DNA from: Felixounavirus LF110P2
Length of the DNA stretch: 64,000 bases
Sequence record: OZ035782.1
Strand: one strand, 5' to 3'
Part shown: piece by piece, positions 1-10,646 of the stretch
Layout: every line of letters begins with the position of its first letter
Position numbering within the stretch: position 1 is the first letter of the stretch
The notes under the pieces: generated by a model
Told to the model about the DNA's origin: nothing
The model's input: only the letters and a program-made list of their open reading frames with translations
The model's database searches: none
Made by a program: the position numbers and the translations under genes

Positions 1-29
1 CTGAATAATTCTATTTGCGGAGGTGCTTA

Positions 30-1631
30 ATGGACTTAAATGCTGTTAAGCAGAAGCGAGTGGAAGATGTTAGGAAAGTCCTAGCTGGAGAGTTGGGGCT
101 TTCTGATGAAGTAAAAGAAATTATCAAATCATTCGGTAAAGACCCCTCTAAATTCCTTCCAACTCAAATTCTGACTTTATTAAGATACACACCAGACCAA
201 GTTCGCCTCATCTTTAAATTGATGACTGATAAGAACTATGTAGCCCCTCAGCCGGGTTCTCAAGAGGTCTTTTTAAATACTAATGCTGACTTGGTTCTTT
301 ATGGTGGTGCTGCTGGTGCTGGTAAGACTGCCGCATTGTTAATGGACTCTTTAAGATTTATTGAAGACCCTAACTATAATGCTGTATATTTCCGTCGAAA
401 TACAACACAGCTACAAGGTGGTTTATGGCCTGCTGCAAAGAAACTATTTGGTAAGTTTGGTGGGATTCCTCACGAGCAGAAGATGACTATCACATTCCCT
501 TCTGGGGCAACTATCAAGTTTACCTACCTAGAACTTGAAAAGCACGCTGAAGGTCATCAGGGTATTGAATACTCAGCTATTTACTTTGACGAAGGTACAC
601 ACTTCTCTGCTTCACAGATTTCATACCTACAAACCCGTCTACGTTCTGGTGCTGAAGGTGATTCATACATGAAGATTTCCATGAACCCAGATAGAGACCA
701 TTTTATTTACGATTGGGTAGAACCATTCTTAGATGAAGAAGGTTATCCAGACCCTGAGAAGTGTGGTCGTATTCGTTGGTATGTAATGAATGATGGTGTG
801 ATGGTTTCTGATTGGGAGAGAGACAAGATTCTTGAAATGTTCCCTCTTGAGATTCCTCAAACATACACCTTCATCTCTGGTACGATTGATGATAACCCAA
901 TTCTTGACTTCTTAGAACCAAAGTATCGCGGTAAGTTGGAAAACAACACTCCTGTAAACGTTGCAAGACTTCGTTTCGGTAACTGGAAGGCTCGTGCAGA
1001 AGGTTCAAACTATTGGCAAAGACAATGGTGTGAGATTGTTGATTCACTCCCAGAAGATGTATTTGATGTTAGAGCATGGGACTTAGCAGCAACTTTACCA
1101 TCTGAGGTTAACCCTAATCCAGACTGGACAGCAGGTGTTAAGATGGGTAAATCTAAAAAAGACGGTTGCTATTATATCATTGATGTAGTAAGATTTAGAG
1201 ATAGACCCTCTGGAGTCGAAACACAAATTAATTTGACTGCTGAAAGTGACGGTAAGCGAACTGGTATTTTTATCCCTCAAGACCCAGGCGCTGCTGGTAA
1301 ATCCTACGCAACATCCCTCATCAGGAAACTTGCCGAGAAAGGCTATCGTGCAAGAGCTAAACCAACAAATAAAGATAAAGTTACCCGCTTTGCGGGATTT
1401 TCTGCTGCTTCTGAAGCTGGACTTGTGAAAGTCTTGAGAGGTAGTTGGAACGAAGCTTACTTTCAAGAGCTTGAAGGCTTTTGTGGTGATGGCAAAACTA
1501 AAGATGACCAAGTGGATGCTACCAGTGATGCTTTCAACAGTCTTAACGAAGTTAAATTATTCAAGCCACCATCAATGGGTGCTCACACAGATTTAGTGAG
1601 AGGAAACCCATATGAGGGGCTTAGACGTTGA
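30..1631 (+). CDS. terL: Terminase large subunit (ATPase/nuclease)
   Basis: Walker A P-loop GGAAGAGKT near residue 100 of the track ORF; size about 530 aa; sits immediately upstream of portal. Start moved to ATG at 30 because GGAGGTG RBS precedes it (track ORF starts at TTG 15). Confidence 0.8.
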   Translation: MDLNAVKQKRVEDVRKVLAGELGLSDEVKEIIKSFGKDPSKFLPTQILTLLRYTPDQVRLIFKLMTDKNYVAPQPGSQEVFLNTNADLVLYGGAAGAGKTAALLMDSLRFIEDPNYNAVYFRRNTTQLQGGLWPAAKKLFGKFGGIPHEQKMTITFPSGATIKFTYLELEKHAEGHQGIEYSAIYFDEGTHFSASQISYLQTRLRSGAEGDSYMKISMNPDRDHFIYDWVEPFLDEEGYPDPEKCGRIRWYVMNDGVMVSDWERDKILEMFPLEIPQTYTFISGTIDDNPILDFLEPKYRGKLENNTPVNVARLRFGNWKARAEGSNYWQRQWCEIVDSLPEDVFDVRAWDLAATLPSEVNPNPDWTAGVKMGKSKKDGCYYIIDVVRFRDRPSGVETQINLTAESDGKRTGIFIPQDPGAAGKSYATSLIRKLAEKGYRARAKPTNKDKVTRFAGFSAASEAGLVKVLRGSWNEAYFQELEGFCGDGKTKDDQVDATSDAFNSLNEVKLFKPPSMGAHTDLVRGNPYEGLRR

Positions 1632-1647
1632 TAGCTAGGTGAGAAGA

Positions 1648-3114
1648 ATGGCAGATATTACAGAAACACAAGAAAGCTTACCACCATTTAGAATGGGTGA
1701 AGTAGGTTCTTTGGGTCTGAAGGTTAAGAATGGAAGAATCTATGAAGAACCTCGTCAGGCACTAAGGTTCCCTGAAAGTATTAAAACTTTCCAATTAATG
1801 ATGCGTGACCCTGCTGTAGCAGCATCTGTAAATATTATTAAGATGTTTGTCAGAAAAGTCAACTGGAGATTCGTACCTCCAAAGGGGAAAGAGCAAGACC
1901 CTAAAATGCTTGAAAGAGCAGACTTCTTTAATTCTTTAATGGATGACATGGAGCATGATTGGGCAGATTTTATTAATTCTGTAATGTCATTCTGCACTTA
2001 TGGGTTCTGTGTTAACGAGAAAGTTTATAAGAAGCGACAGGGTAAAAAAGGAAAGTACCAGTCAAAATTTGATGATGGTCTAATTGGATGGGCTAAATTA
2101 CCAATCAGAAACCAATCAACACTTGATAAGTGGTATTTTGACGAAGACTTTAGAAAAGTTACTGGTGTTAGACAGAATCTGAGAAATGTTTCACATATTG
2201 CTGGAGCAATTAATCTTGGAGAAAGACCACTAACAAGAAAACTTCCACGAGCTAAATTCATGCTGTTTAAGTATGATGATGAATATGGAAACCCAGAAGG
2301 TCGTTCACCATTACTTAATGCCTATGTACCGTGGAAGTATAAAGTTCAGATTGAAGAGTACGAAGCTGTTGGTGTTTCAAGAGACTTGGTAGGTATGCCA
2401 AAGATTGGTTTACCACCAGATTATCTGGATGAAAATGCAGAACCTGAAAAGAAAGCTTTCGTACAATACTGCAAAACTGTTGTTAACGATATGATTGCTA
2501 ATGATAGAGCAGGTTTAATCTGGCCTAGATATATCGACCCAGATACTAAAGAGGATATTTTCGAGTTCTCATTAGTTTCTAGACAGGGTGCTAAAGCATA
2601 CGATACAGGCTCTATTATTGACAGATATTCCAAGCAGATTATGATGGCATTTATGTCAGATGTTCTTGCTATGGGTCAGTCAAAATACGGTTCATTCTCT
2701 CTTGCAGATTCTAAGACAAGCTTACTAGCAATGTCAGTAGACATCCTGCTGAAGCAAATTAAGAACGTAATTAACCGTGATTTAGTTGCACAGACTTATG
2801 CTCTTAATATGTGGGACGATGAAGAACATGTACAAATCACTTACGATGATATCGAAACTCCAGACCTTGAAGCAATTGGTTCTTATATCCAGAAGACTGT
2901 TGCAGTAGGTGCTTTGGAAGTTGACAAAGAGCTATCTAACAAGCTTAGAGAGCATATTGGTCTTCCTCCTGCTGATGAGTCTCAGCCAGTATCTGAAAAG
3001 CTTTCTCCAAATAGCCAAAGCCGTTCAGGAGATGGTTATAAGACCGCTGGAGAAGGTACTGCAAAGACACCTTCAGCGAAAGACCCAAGCACAGCAAATA
3101 AGGCAAATAAATAA
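1648..3114 (+). CDS. Portal protein
   Basis: About 490 aa ORF directly after terminase and before protease/capsid genes; position and size typical of portal. No motif independently recognised. ATG at 1648 preferred over GTG at 1639. Confidence 0.55.
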   Translation: MADITETQESLPPFRMGEVGSLGLKVKNGRIYEEPRQALRFPESIKTFQLMMRDPAVAASVNIIKMFVRKVNWRFVPPKGKEQDPKMLERADFFNSLMDDMEHDWADFINSVMSFCTYGFCVNEKVYKKRQGKKGKYQSKFDDGLIGWAKLPIRNQSTLDKWYFDEDFRKVTGVRQNLRNVSHIAGAINLGERPLTRKLPRAKFMLFKYDDEYGNPEGRSPLLNAYVPWKYKVQIEEYEAVGVSRDLVGMPKIGLPPDYLDENAEPEKKAFVQYCKTVVNDMIANDRAGLIWPRYIDPDTKEDIFEFSLVSRQGAKAYDTGSIIDRYSKQIMMAFMSDVLAMGQSKYGSFSLADSKTSLLAMSVDILLKQIKNVINRDLVAQTYALNMWDDEEHVQITYDDIETPDLEAIGSYIQKTVAVGALEVDKELSNKLREHIGLPPADESQPVSEKLSPNSQSRSGDGYKTAGEGTAKTPSAKDPSTANKANK

Positions 3115-3614
3115 TGGCTGAAGTTATCTCTATTTCAAATGCTACACGGGTGCATTCGTATAGAGGTGTTCTTATCATCACTGACAAGTTATCTGTAGAG
3201 GCTGGCTCAAGGGTCAGCCTTTCAGGTTATGTAAGTGATGGTGGAGCCTCTGACGTTTTCACTATTTGTAGGTTACTTGATGCACCAATGAGTGGAAAAC
3301 CGTTTATTTCAGGAAATTGTAGTGAAATTGTTAAAATTCCATTTGACAGTTCATGCCTTTTGGGTGTAAAGTTATATAACTGCGAGAATAAACGTATCAA
3401 TGTTAATAGCATTGAAGCCGCTTTCATTACCCTCGACACTGCATTTCAATCTCCAATGACAGTTAATAAAGAAACAAACAGACTTGAATACATTTTTTCA
3501 CAAAATGATTACAAAGTACTTGTCAAAGGCAAAGTATATGATATGATTGTAAATGTGGTAGATGAATCTGGTAACCATTCAACAGTCCTTAAACAAAAAG
3601 TAAGGTTTAATTAA
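3114..3614 (+). CDS. Hypothetical head-module protein
   Basis: Intact ORF with ATG overlapping portal stop; function not recognisable. Confidence 0.3.
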   Translation: MAEVISISNATRVHSYRGVLIITDKLSVEAGSRVSLSGYVSDGGASDVFTICRLLDAPMSGKPFISGNCSEIVKIPFDSSCLLGVKLYNCENKRINVNSIEAAFITLDTAFQSPMTVNKETNRLEYIFSQNDYKVLVKGKVYDMIVNVVDESGNHSTVLKQKVRFN

Positions 3615-3946
3615 TGGGAACATTAACTATTGATGGTAAGAATAAAATCCTCGCCACGCTAACCCCAACGACTATTATTTTACACAATGTAGACCCAACG
3701 GCAGACCCTACAGCAAATAAGGTTACTCAGCCAGTGGCTATTTATTTTTCTGAACCGGATAATGGCTTAATTGCCTCAGAAGATACAGTTAATATTACTG
3801 TTCCAGCTTCTGCAACGGTCTCACACTATAGCTTGTGGGATGCTAACGATAAATGCGTGGCAACTGGTGCTCTTAGCAAACCTCAATTCTTTGCTGAAGA
3901 AGGTACCTATGTTATCTCTTCAGTCTCTGTAGATTTAAACAAATAG
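3614..3946 (+). CDS. Hypothetical head-module protein
   Basis: Intact ORF, start overlaps upstream stop (TAATG); function unknown. Confidence 0.3.
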   Translation: MGTLTIDGKNKILATLTPTTIILHNVDPTADPTANKVTQPVAIYFSEPDNGLIASEDTVNITVPASATVSHYSLWDANDKCVATGALSKPQFFAEEGTYVISSVSVDLNK

Positions 3947-3957
3947 GGTGAGTAAAA

Positions 3958-5304
3958 ATGAGTTCGAATATCTTCAGACTTGCTGATAGATTATTCAACC
4001 AACCTTTACTAGCCACTGAATCATTAGCTCACTCAGCAGCAACTTATGTGAATAACAGATTGCTGGGTGATGTCCAAGCAGCAGTAAACTTTGATAAACC
4101 CAAAGGTGAAGCAAGAAGTCTTTTAAAAGTAAAAGATGACATTGCTATTATTCCTATTATGGGTGGTTTAACCCATCGTATGACATTCATTGATGCAATG
4201 TGTACAGGTGGATTAAGCTCTTATGAAGGTTTGCGTAGAGGCTTTGACGAAGCTTTAGCAGATGAGTCAATCAAGACTATTGTTCTGCACATCGATTCTG
4301 GTGGTGGTGAAGCTTCAGGTTGCTTTGAATTAGCACGTCACATTATGGCTTCAAGAGGCCAAAAGAAAATTATTGCTTATGTAGATGAGTTCGCTTGTTC
4401 CGCTGCATACGCTCTTGCATCTTCTGCTGAAGAAATTATTGCATCACCAGATGCAGATGTTGGTTCTATTGGTGTAATTATGGTTCATCAGGAATTAACT
4501 AAGGCATTTGAAAAGAATGGCGTAACAATTAACGTCATCAAAGCTGGTGAGTTTAAAGGTATGGGTTCACCATTCCAAGCACTCTCAGAAGAAAGCAAAG
4601 AAAGACTTCAAAAGAGAATTAATGATACCTACGCAACCTTTACAGGTTTTGTAGCCGAATCCCGTAATCTCTCTGAAGAAGCTGTAAAGAATACTGAGGC
4701 GAATGTTTATTCTGCTCAGGAAGCTCTTGAACTTGGTTTAATTAACTCAATCATGTCTCAAGATGATTTCTTAAATTACTTACAAGGTTCTGAAGAGGCT
4801 CCTGTAAGTTTAAACGTTAACAATTCAGGTGAAGAAATGACTGAACAAGAAAAGCAAGAACTAGAAGCTTTGCGTCTTCAGGTTGCTCAAATGAAAGCTA
4901 AAGAACAGGAAGCTGCTTTGTCAGATTTGACTAATAAGATTTCTGCTTCTGCTGAAGCTTTTGGATTTGATGCAAAAGAAGCTGCAACGACTATTTTAGG
5001 TGCTGGTCTTGATAACCCTCTGAGTGTTCTGTTTATGAATGCTATGGAAGGTGCTAACCAGAAACTTAATGAAACTATCGCGTCCCATGCTTCTGCAATG
5101 GAAGAAAAAGAATCAGAAATTACCAAGCTGAAAGAAACTGCTGGTGCTGTTCTTGAACATTCCAACGCTATGGAAGAAATGGGTAATGACGGCGAAGCTG
5201 ATTTGGTTGAAGAAGAAAAAGAACCAGCTAAGAATGCTTCCGAAGACACCGCTGAACAACGCAAACTGGCTCTCCAGAATGCTCTAAAATCTCTTATCAA
5301 ATAA
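3958..5304 (+). CDS. Prohead protease (S49/SppA-ClpP-like) fused to scaffold-like Ala/Glu-rich C-terminal region
   Basis: N-terminal half carries S49-type serine protease signatures (IPIMGGL..., HIDSGGGEASG, DEFACSAAYALA, GSIGV); C-terminal 150 aa is low-complexity Ala/Glu/Lys-rich helical sequence; located between portal and capsid. Confidence 0.6.
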   Translation: MSSNIFRLADRLFNQPLLATESLAHSAATYVNNRLLGDVQAAVNFDKPKGEARSLLKVKDDIAIIPIMGGLTHRMTFIDAMCTGGLSSYEGLRRGFDEALADESIKTIVLHIDSGGGEASGCFELARHIMASRGQKKIIAYVDEFACSAAYALASSAEEIIASPDADVGSIGVIMVHQELTKAFEKNGVTINVIKAGEFKGMGSPFQALSEESKERLQKRINDTYATFTGFVAESRNLSEEAVKNTEANVYSAQEALELGLINSIMSQDDFLNYLQGSEEAPVSLNVNNSGEEMTEQEKQELEALRLQVAQMKAKEQEAALSDLTNKISASAEAFGFDAKEAATTILGAGLDNPLSVLFMNAMEGANQKLNETIASHASAMEEKESEITKLKETAGAVLEHSNAMEEMGNDGEADLVEEEKEPAKNASEDTAEQRKLALQNALKSLIK

Positions 5305-5315
5305 GGAACACAATA

Positions 5316-5693
5316 ATGGCATATCAAGGTTTTACTAAGTTAGGTAACAGAGAACCTCTGAATGATATCATTCTTTGGGAACAGATTACCCCAACAGGTC
5401 ACTCTCGTAAAGAGTACACTCCAGTTGCTTCAACAGAATACCGTGTAGGTGAAGTTCTGAAAGCAGACGGTACTAAAGTTGCAGCAGGGGAAGAAGCTCA
5501 GGCTGACTCTGTATGTATCGTTAACTTCTACGCAGACTCACAACTGTCTTATCATGGTCAGTTGAAAGTGGTAGGCATCTACCGCGATGCAGAACTGAAA
5601 GACATGCTTACTCTTGAAGCAAGTGTTAATGCTGATAGTGTTAAGGCAGCTCTGGCTGCTAAAGGTATTGATTTCGTACCAACTGGCCTGTAA
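5316..5693 (+). CDS. Putative head decoration protein
   Basis: 125 aa ORF immediately upstream of major capsid gene; position and size only. Confidence 0.3.
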   Translation: MAYQGFTKLGNREPLNDIILWEQITPTGHSRKEYTPVASTEYRVGEVLKADGTKVAAGEEAQADSVCIVNFYADSQLSYHGQLKVVGIYRDAELKDMLTLEASVNADSVKAALAAKGIDFVPTGL

Positions 5694-5726
5694 TAACAAT
5701 AATAAGACATTCTGGAGAATTTTACA

Positions 5727-6833
5727 ATGTTGACTAATTCTGAAAAAAGCAGATTTTTCCTTGCTGACCTGACTGGTGAAGTCCAGTCTATCCCAAATAC
5801 TTATGGGTATATTTCCAACTTAGGTCTGTTCCGTTCAGCACCAATCACCCAAACTACTTTCCTTATGGACTTGACTGATTGGGATGTTAGCTTGCTTGAT
5901 GCGGTAGACCGTGATAGCCGTAAAGCAGAGACTAGCGCACCTGAGCGTGTTCGTCAAATCAGCTTCCCAATGATGTACTTCAAAGAAGTTGAAAGCATTA
6001 CTCCTGATGAAATTCAGGGTGTACGTCAGCCAGGCACTGCAAACGAACTAACTACTGAAGCTGTAGTACGTGCTAAGAAGCTGATGAAGATTCGTACCAA
6101 GTTCGATATTACTCGTGAGTTCCTGTTTATGCAAGCTCTGAAGGGTAAAGTTGTTGATGCTCGTGGTACTCTGTATGCTGACCTGTACAAGCAGTTCGAC
6201 GTTGAGAAGAAGACTGTTTACTTCGACCTTGACAACCCTAATGCTGACATCGACGCTTCTATTGAAGAACTGCGTATGCACATGGAAGACGAAGCTAAGA
6301 CTGGCACTGTAATCAACGGTGAAGAAATTCACGTAGTTGTTGACCGCTTATTCTTCAGCAAACTGGTTAAACACCCTAAGATTCGTGACGCTTATCTTGC
6401 ACAGCAGACTCCGCTGGCTTGGCAACAGATTACTGGTTCTCTGAGAACTGGTGGTACTGACGGCGTTCAGGCTCACATGAACACTTTCTACTACGGTGGT
6501 GTTAAGTTTGTCCAGTACAACGGTAAGTTCAAAGACAAGCGTGGTAAGGTTCACACTCTGGTGAGTATTGATAGTGTAGCAGCAACTGTTGGTGTAGGTC
6601 ATGCTTTCCCTAACGTTTCTATGCTGGGTGAAGCAAACAACATCTTCGAAGTGGCATATGGTCCATGTCCTAAGATGGGTTATGCAAATACACTTGGTCA
6701 GGAACTGTACGTATTCGAATACGAAAAAGACCGTGACGAAGGTATTGACTTTGAAGCTCACTCTTACATGCTGCCATACTGCACACGTCCTCAGTTGCTG
6801 GTAGACGTTCGTTCTGACGCTAAACCAGACTAA
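5727..6833 (+). CDS. Major capsid protein
   Basis: 368 aa ORF following protease and decoration genes with good RBS; position and size typical of HK97-fold capsid protein; no motif independently verified. Confidence 0.55.
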   Translation: MLTNSEKSRFFLADLTGEVQSIPNTYGYISNLGLFRSAPITQTTFLMDLTDWDVSLLDAVDRDSRKAETSAPERVRQISFPMMYFKEVESITPDEIQGVRQPGTANELTTEAVVRAKKLMKIRTKFDITREFLFMQALKGKVVDARGTLYADLYKQFDVEKKTVYFDLDNPNADIDASIEELRMHMEDEAKTGTVINGEEIHVVVDRLFFSKLVKHPKIRDAYLAQQTPLAWQQITGSLRTGGTDGVQAHMNTFYYGGVKFVQYNGKFKDKRGKVHTLVSIDSVAATVGVGHAFPNVSMLGEANNIFEVAYGPCPKMGYANTLGQELYVFEYEKDRDEGIDFEAHSYMLPYCTRPQLLVDVRSDAKPD

Positions 6834-6854
6834 TATTCTTAAGGAGGGTTATGA

Positions 6855-7304
6855 ATGTGCTATACAGGCGACCCAGCCAATAACCCTCTTGATAGAGTAA
6901 GAATCCTCTGCACAGACACCAATAATGATGAAATTCTTATTGAACAGTCTGTGCTAGAGTGGTTCTATCTAGAATCTGGAAAGGATGAAAAGAAAGCAGC
7001 CATCAAAGCTCTTAAATATTTACTCTTTCAAGTAGCCAAGATGGGAGATGAGAAGGTTGGTGGTGTTTATTTACGTAACTCTTCCAGATTCAAGTCTCTG
7101 AAAGCTGTTTATGACGACCTTGTTAAAAGCTCTGTTTCAGGACTACCCTATGCAGGTGGTATTAATCAGTGTGATATTGACATGCGTCGTCAAAATCCTT
7201 GCTCTGTCAAGAAATACACAGAATATGGTGATGCTGCCAGATACGAAGGCAGAGATTACTGCAACCGTGTTAATGGCGTATTTATTATCGAGCGAGATGA
7301 ATAA
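6855..7304 (+). CDS. Head-tail connector / neck protein (putative)
   Basis: ORF with strong RBS AAGGAGGG; position between capsid and sheath. Confidence 0.3.
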   Translation: MCYTGDPANNPLDRVRILCTDTNNDEILIEQSVLEWFYLESGKDEKKAAIKALKYLLFQVAKMGDEKVGGVYLRNSSRFKSLKAVYDDLVKSSVSGLPYAGGINQCDIDMRRQNPCSVKKYTEYGDAARYEGRDYCNRVNGVFIIERDE

Positions 7305-7786
7305 TGGTTAAAAGGGTTATTCACCCCGCTAGAGCAAAATTAGTCGGGGCTATGAAGAACTTGCAAACGGCTAATGCTCAAGTTGGGTATTTTCAAGAAC
7401 AAGGTCAACATAGCTCTGGTTTTTCTTATCCTGCTTTAATGTATTTACAAGAAGTTATTGGGGTTCCTTCAGCTTCTGGTAAAGTATATCGTAGGTTGTT
7501 TGAAATCACTATTATGCTAAACAAACAGACCTTGTTAGAGCAGACTAAGAAGAATCTATATAAGCAACTTAGCAGTCTCAACACAGACCCTTCAAATACC
7601 TTAGAAGCATTTGCAAAGAATACTCAAAAGGTAATTAAAAGGGGGTTTGGTAATTCTGCTATCCTCCCTCCTAACGCACCTTCCACAGTCAAGAAAAAAG
7701 GCTTTAATGCACCTCTTGTTGAGACAGGTGACTTAAGAGATAACCTTGCTTATAAAATTTCTACTAAGAAGGGTATTAAGAAATGA
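7304..7786 (+). CDS. Neck / head completion protein (putative)
   Basis: Translationally coupled ORF in head-tail joining region. Confidence 0.3.
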   Translation: MVKRVIHPARAKLVGAMKNLQTANAQVGYFQEQGQHSSGFSYPALMYLQEVIGVPSASGKVYRRLFEITIMLNKQTLLEQTKKNLYKQLSSLNTDPSNTLEAFAKNTQKVIKRGFGNSAILPPNAPSTVKKKGFNAPLVETGDLRDNLAYKISTKKGIKK

Positions 7787-8184
7787 GACTCTTAAACAGA
7801 CACAGCTTTGTAGTAAAGCGTAAAGTCTCTGAAGATGGTTATTATAATGATGATGGTGATTGGGTAGCTTCACAAGATATTGTAGAGGTTAACTGCAAAG
7901 GTAATATCCAGCCATATATCAAAGGTTCTGTAAAGAATGGTACACAGATTGCTTTACCGGAAGGTATTAGGCTTACCGATACAAGAATCCTGTATACCAC
8001 ATATAAACTTAGAACTTCAGATGATGTAGAGTGGAATGAGTCTGATATTGTTATGATTGATGGTCATGAGTATGAAGTATTTATGACTATGGATTGGTCA
8101 CAGCAATTAGCCCATACGTCCCATTATGAATATATCATTATTAGAAGGGATAAAATGAATGCAGTTAGAAACAGCAGAACTTGA
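7783..8184 (+). CDS. Neck / tail completion protein (putative)
   Basis: Overlapping (ATGA) start with upstream gene; position. Confidence 0.3.
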   Translation: MRLLNRHSFVVKRKVSEDGYYNDDGDWVASQDIVEVNCKGNIQPYIKGSVKNGTQIALPEGIRLTDTRILYTTYKLRTSDDVEWNESDIVMIDGHEYEVFMTMDWSQQLAHTSHYEYIIIRRDKMNAVRNSRT

Positions 8185-8758
8185 AAAAGGTCTAGTTAGA
8201 ACCTTAGTGGATGTTATTGGTCACAGATTAGCTCGTGATAAAAATAATAGGCCAAACGTAATTAGGGCTTACCCTTCTGATAACTCAAATGACAAAGGTT
8301 TAAAACCTGACCAGCCATTTATCACCGTATATTGTCAGGATGCTGCAACACCTTATGGTTGGGTTCTTGATAAGTTTGTTGAGGATGATGTAGTTTGCTA
8401 CAGAATTGCTTTTCAGATTCCAGTATTAATTACGGTGAATGGTAAAGGTGCTCACAGTATTATGCTTGAGCTTAAACAACGATTAGAGATGAGTTCAGTC
8501 AGAGATTTAATCCTTGAAGAAACAGGAGCTACAGTACTGGACACTGGAGCAATCCCAAATGATTACACTTATCTCAATACAGATTTCGAAAATTCTGCAC
8601 CTCTTGTTGTAACTCTTGTAAAAAACTCAGTCCTGAAAGATGAACGTGGAAGTATTATTGAGCGTGTCATTGTTGATGGTGAGTTAGTTTATGAAGAAGG
8701 ACAAGAGCCACCAGAATATATTATCCATCTAGATGTAGACTCCAAAGGGGTAAAATAA
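8159..8758 (+). CDS. Tail completion / sheath stabiliser (putative)
   Basis: ORF immediately upstream of sheath gene. Confidence 0.3.
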   Translation: MQLETAELEKGLVRTLVDVIGHRLARDKNNRPNVIRAYPSDNSNDKGLKPDQPFITVYCQDAATPYGWVLDKFVEDDVVCYRIAFQIPVLITVNGKGAHSIMLELKQRLEMSSVRDLILEETGATVLDTGAIPNDYTYLNTDFENSAPLVVTLVKNSVLKDERGSIIERVIVDGELVYEEGQEPPEYIIHLDVDSKGVK

Positions 8759-10111
8759 ATGTGGAATCCAATTGTTAATGTAGATATTACATTGAACACC
8801 GCAGGAACTACAAGAGAAGGTTTTGGTTTGCCACTATTCTTAGCTTCAACAGATAATTTTGAAGAAAGAGTACGTGGTTACACTTCCTTAACTGAAGTTG
8901 CTGAAGATTTCGATGAGAATACTGCTGCATATAAGGCTGCTAAACAACTTTGGAGTCAGACTCCTAAAGTAACTCAGCTTTATATTGGTAGACGTGCTAT
9001 GCAGTACACTGTATCAATTCCTAATGCCGTTGCTGAAAGTACAGACTACTCAATTACTGTAGCTGCTGGCGGTGGAATTTCTCAACCATATCAGTATACA
9101 GCACAAGCTGAAGACACTGCTGAAAACGTGTTGCAACAGTTTAAAACACAGATTGAAGCTGACCCAACAATCAAAGATAAGGTTTCTGTGAACGTAACTG
9201 GTAGCAATGGCTCTGCCACAATGATTATTACCAAAGCTGGTGATAATGACTTTGTGAAAGTAACAACTACAGCACAGACTGTGTATATTGCAAGTACAAC
9301 TGCCGATACAGCATCAACTGCTCTGGCAGCTATCGAAGCTTACTCTACTGACTGGTATTTCATTGCAGCAGAAGACAGAACTCAACAGTTTGTCTTAGCA
9401 ATGGCTTCTGAGATTCAGGCTCGCAAGAAAATCTTCTTTACAGCTAACTCCGATGTAACAGCCCTGCAAGGTACAGAATTAGCCAGTGCAAATGATGTTC
9501 CAGCACAGCTTGCTAAGAATATGTACACTCATACAGTTTGCTTGTGGCATCACGCAGCGGCAGAAGACTATCCAGAGATGGCATACATTGCTTATGGTGC
9601 TCCATATGATGCAGGTTCAATTGCTTGGGGTAATGCTCAGCTAACTGGTGTAGCAGCTTCTCTACAACCATCTAATCAGAGACCTCTGACAAGTATTCAG
9701 AAGTCTGCTTTAGATGTACGTCACTGTAACTTTATTGACCTTGATGGTGGTGTTCCAGTGGTTCGTAGAGGGATTACTTCTGGTGGGGAATGGATTGATA
9801 TCGTCCGTGGCGTTGACTGGTTAGAATCAGACCTGAAAACTTCTCTGAGAGACTTGCTAATTAATCAGAAGGGTGGTAAGATTACTTATGATGATACTGG
9901 TATTACCCGTATTCGTCAAGTCATTGAAACCTCTCTGCAAAGAGCAGTCAACAGAAACTTCCTGTCATCTTACACAGTTAATGTTCCTAAAGCCTCTCAA
10001 GTTGCTTTGGCAGACAAGAAAGCTCGTATCCTGAAAGATGTTACCTTCGCAGGTATCTTAGCAGGGGCTATCTTGGATGTTGACTTGAAAGGTACAGTGG
10101 CTTACGAATAA
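8759..10111 (+). CDS. Tail sheath protein
   Basis: 450 aa ORF followed directly by a 148 aa ORF (tube) and a strong terminator, the canonical sheath-tube pair of contractile tails. Confidence 0.5.
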   Translation: MWNPIVNVDITLNTAGTTREGFGLPLFLASTDNFEERVRGYTSLTEVAEDFDENTAAYKAAKQLWSQTPKVTQLYIGRRAMQYTVSIPNAVAESTDYSITVAAGGGISQPYQYTAQAEDTAENVLQQFKTQIEADPTIKDKVSVNVTGSNGSATMIITKAGDNDFVKVTTTAQTVYIASTTADTASTALAAIEAYSTDWYFIAAEDRTQQFVLAMASEIQARKKIFFTANSDVTALQGTELASANDVPAQLAKNMYTHTVCLWHHAAAEDYPEMAYIAYGAPYDAGSIAWGNAQLTGVAASLQPSNQRPLTSIQKSALDVRHCNFIDLDGGVPVVRRGITSGGEWIDIVRGVDWLESDLKTSLRDLLINQKGGKITYDDTGITRIRQVIETSLQRAVNRNFLSSYTVNVPKASQVALADKKARILKDVTFAGILAGAILDVDLKGTVAYE

Positions 10112-10126
10112 TAGAGGTAAATTGGA

Positions 10127-10573
10127 ATGGCTATGTATCAGCAATATTCCCCTAAAGACGTTGTATGTAGCTGGAATGGTATTGCCATTGAAGGCTTTGC
10201 CCCAGATTCATTCTTGCGTCTACAGAGAACATCACCACTTGTGACACCAGTTGTTGGTGCAGGTGGTCAGGTTGCTCTGACAAGAAATGCAGACAAGACA
10301 GGTACTATTGAGATTGAGTTAATGCAGACTTCTCTCTCTAACCAGATGCTCTCTGCAATTCAAGCTAAACAAGACAATATGGAACTTGAAGAAGATATCT
10401 CTTCTAACTTCGTAATCTACGACCCATCAGGCTCTGTTCTGGCAACTGGTATTAATGCTTGGTTGCAGGAATTACCACAGATTGAACTTGGTCGTGACCA
10501 GAACTCTAAAACTTGGATTTTTGGTTGTGAGAAGCTAGACTACACTTCTACAATTCCAGCGTCAAGTGTTTAA
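10127..10573 (+). CDS. Tail tube protein
   Basis: 148 aa ORF after sheath; followed by intrinsic terminator. Confidence 0.5.
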   Translation: MAMYQQYSPKDVVCSWNGIAIEGFAPDSFLRLQRTSPLVTPVVGAGGQVALTRNADKTGTIEIELMQTSLSNQMLSAIQAKQDNMELEEDISSNFVIYDPSGSVLATGINAWLQELPQIELGRDQNSKTWIFGCEKLDYTSTIPASSV

Positions 10574-10585
10574 TAAATCCTATAA

Positions 10586-10617
10586 GGGGGAGACTTTAAA
10601 AGGTCTTCCCCTTTTTT
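10586..10617 (+). terminator. Rho-independent terminator after sheath/tube genes
   Basis: GGGGGAGAC ... GTCTTCCCC inverted repeat followed by TTTTTT. Confidence 0.6.
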
Positions 10618-10646
10618 GTTTCTTTTAAAAGTATTAAGGAATCACA

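Noticed and set aside
15-29. Upstream extension of terminase (MRRCL...) starting at TTG 15
   Set aside because: The ATG at 30 is immediately preceded by GGAGGTG, whereas the TTG has no RBS within the window; the window edge prevents judging further upstream.
1095-1511. Antisense ORF (138 aa) inside the terminase gene, and many similar 60-175 aa track ORFs on the opposite strand of large genes (e.g. 18221-18748, 31842-32264, 32301-32690, 54529-55056, 6348-6761)
   Set aside because: They are fully embedded in well-supported genes on the other strand, lack RBSs and have low-complexity translations; treated as spurious.
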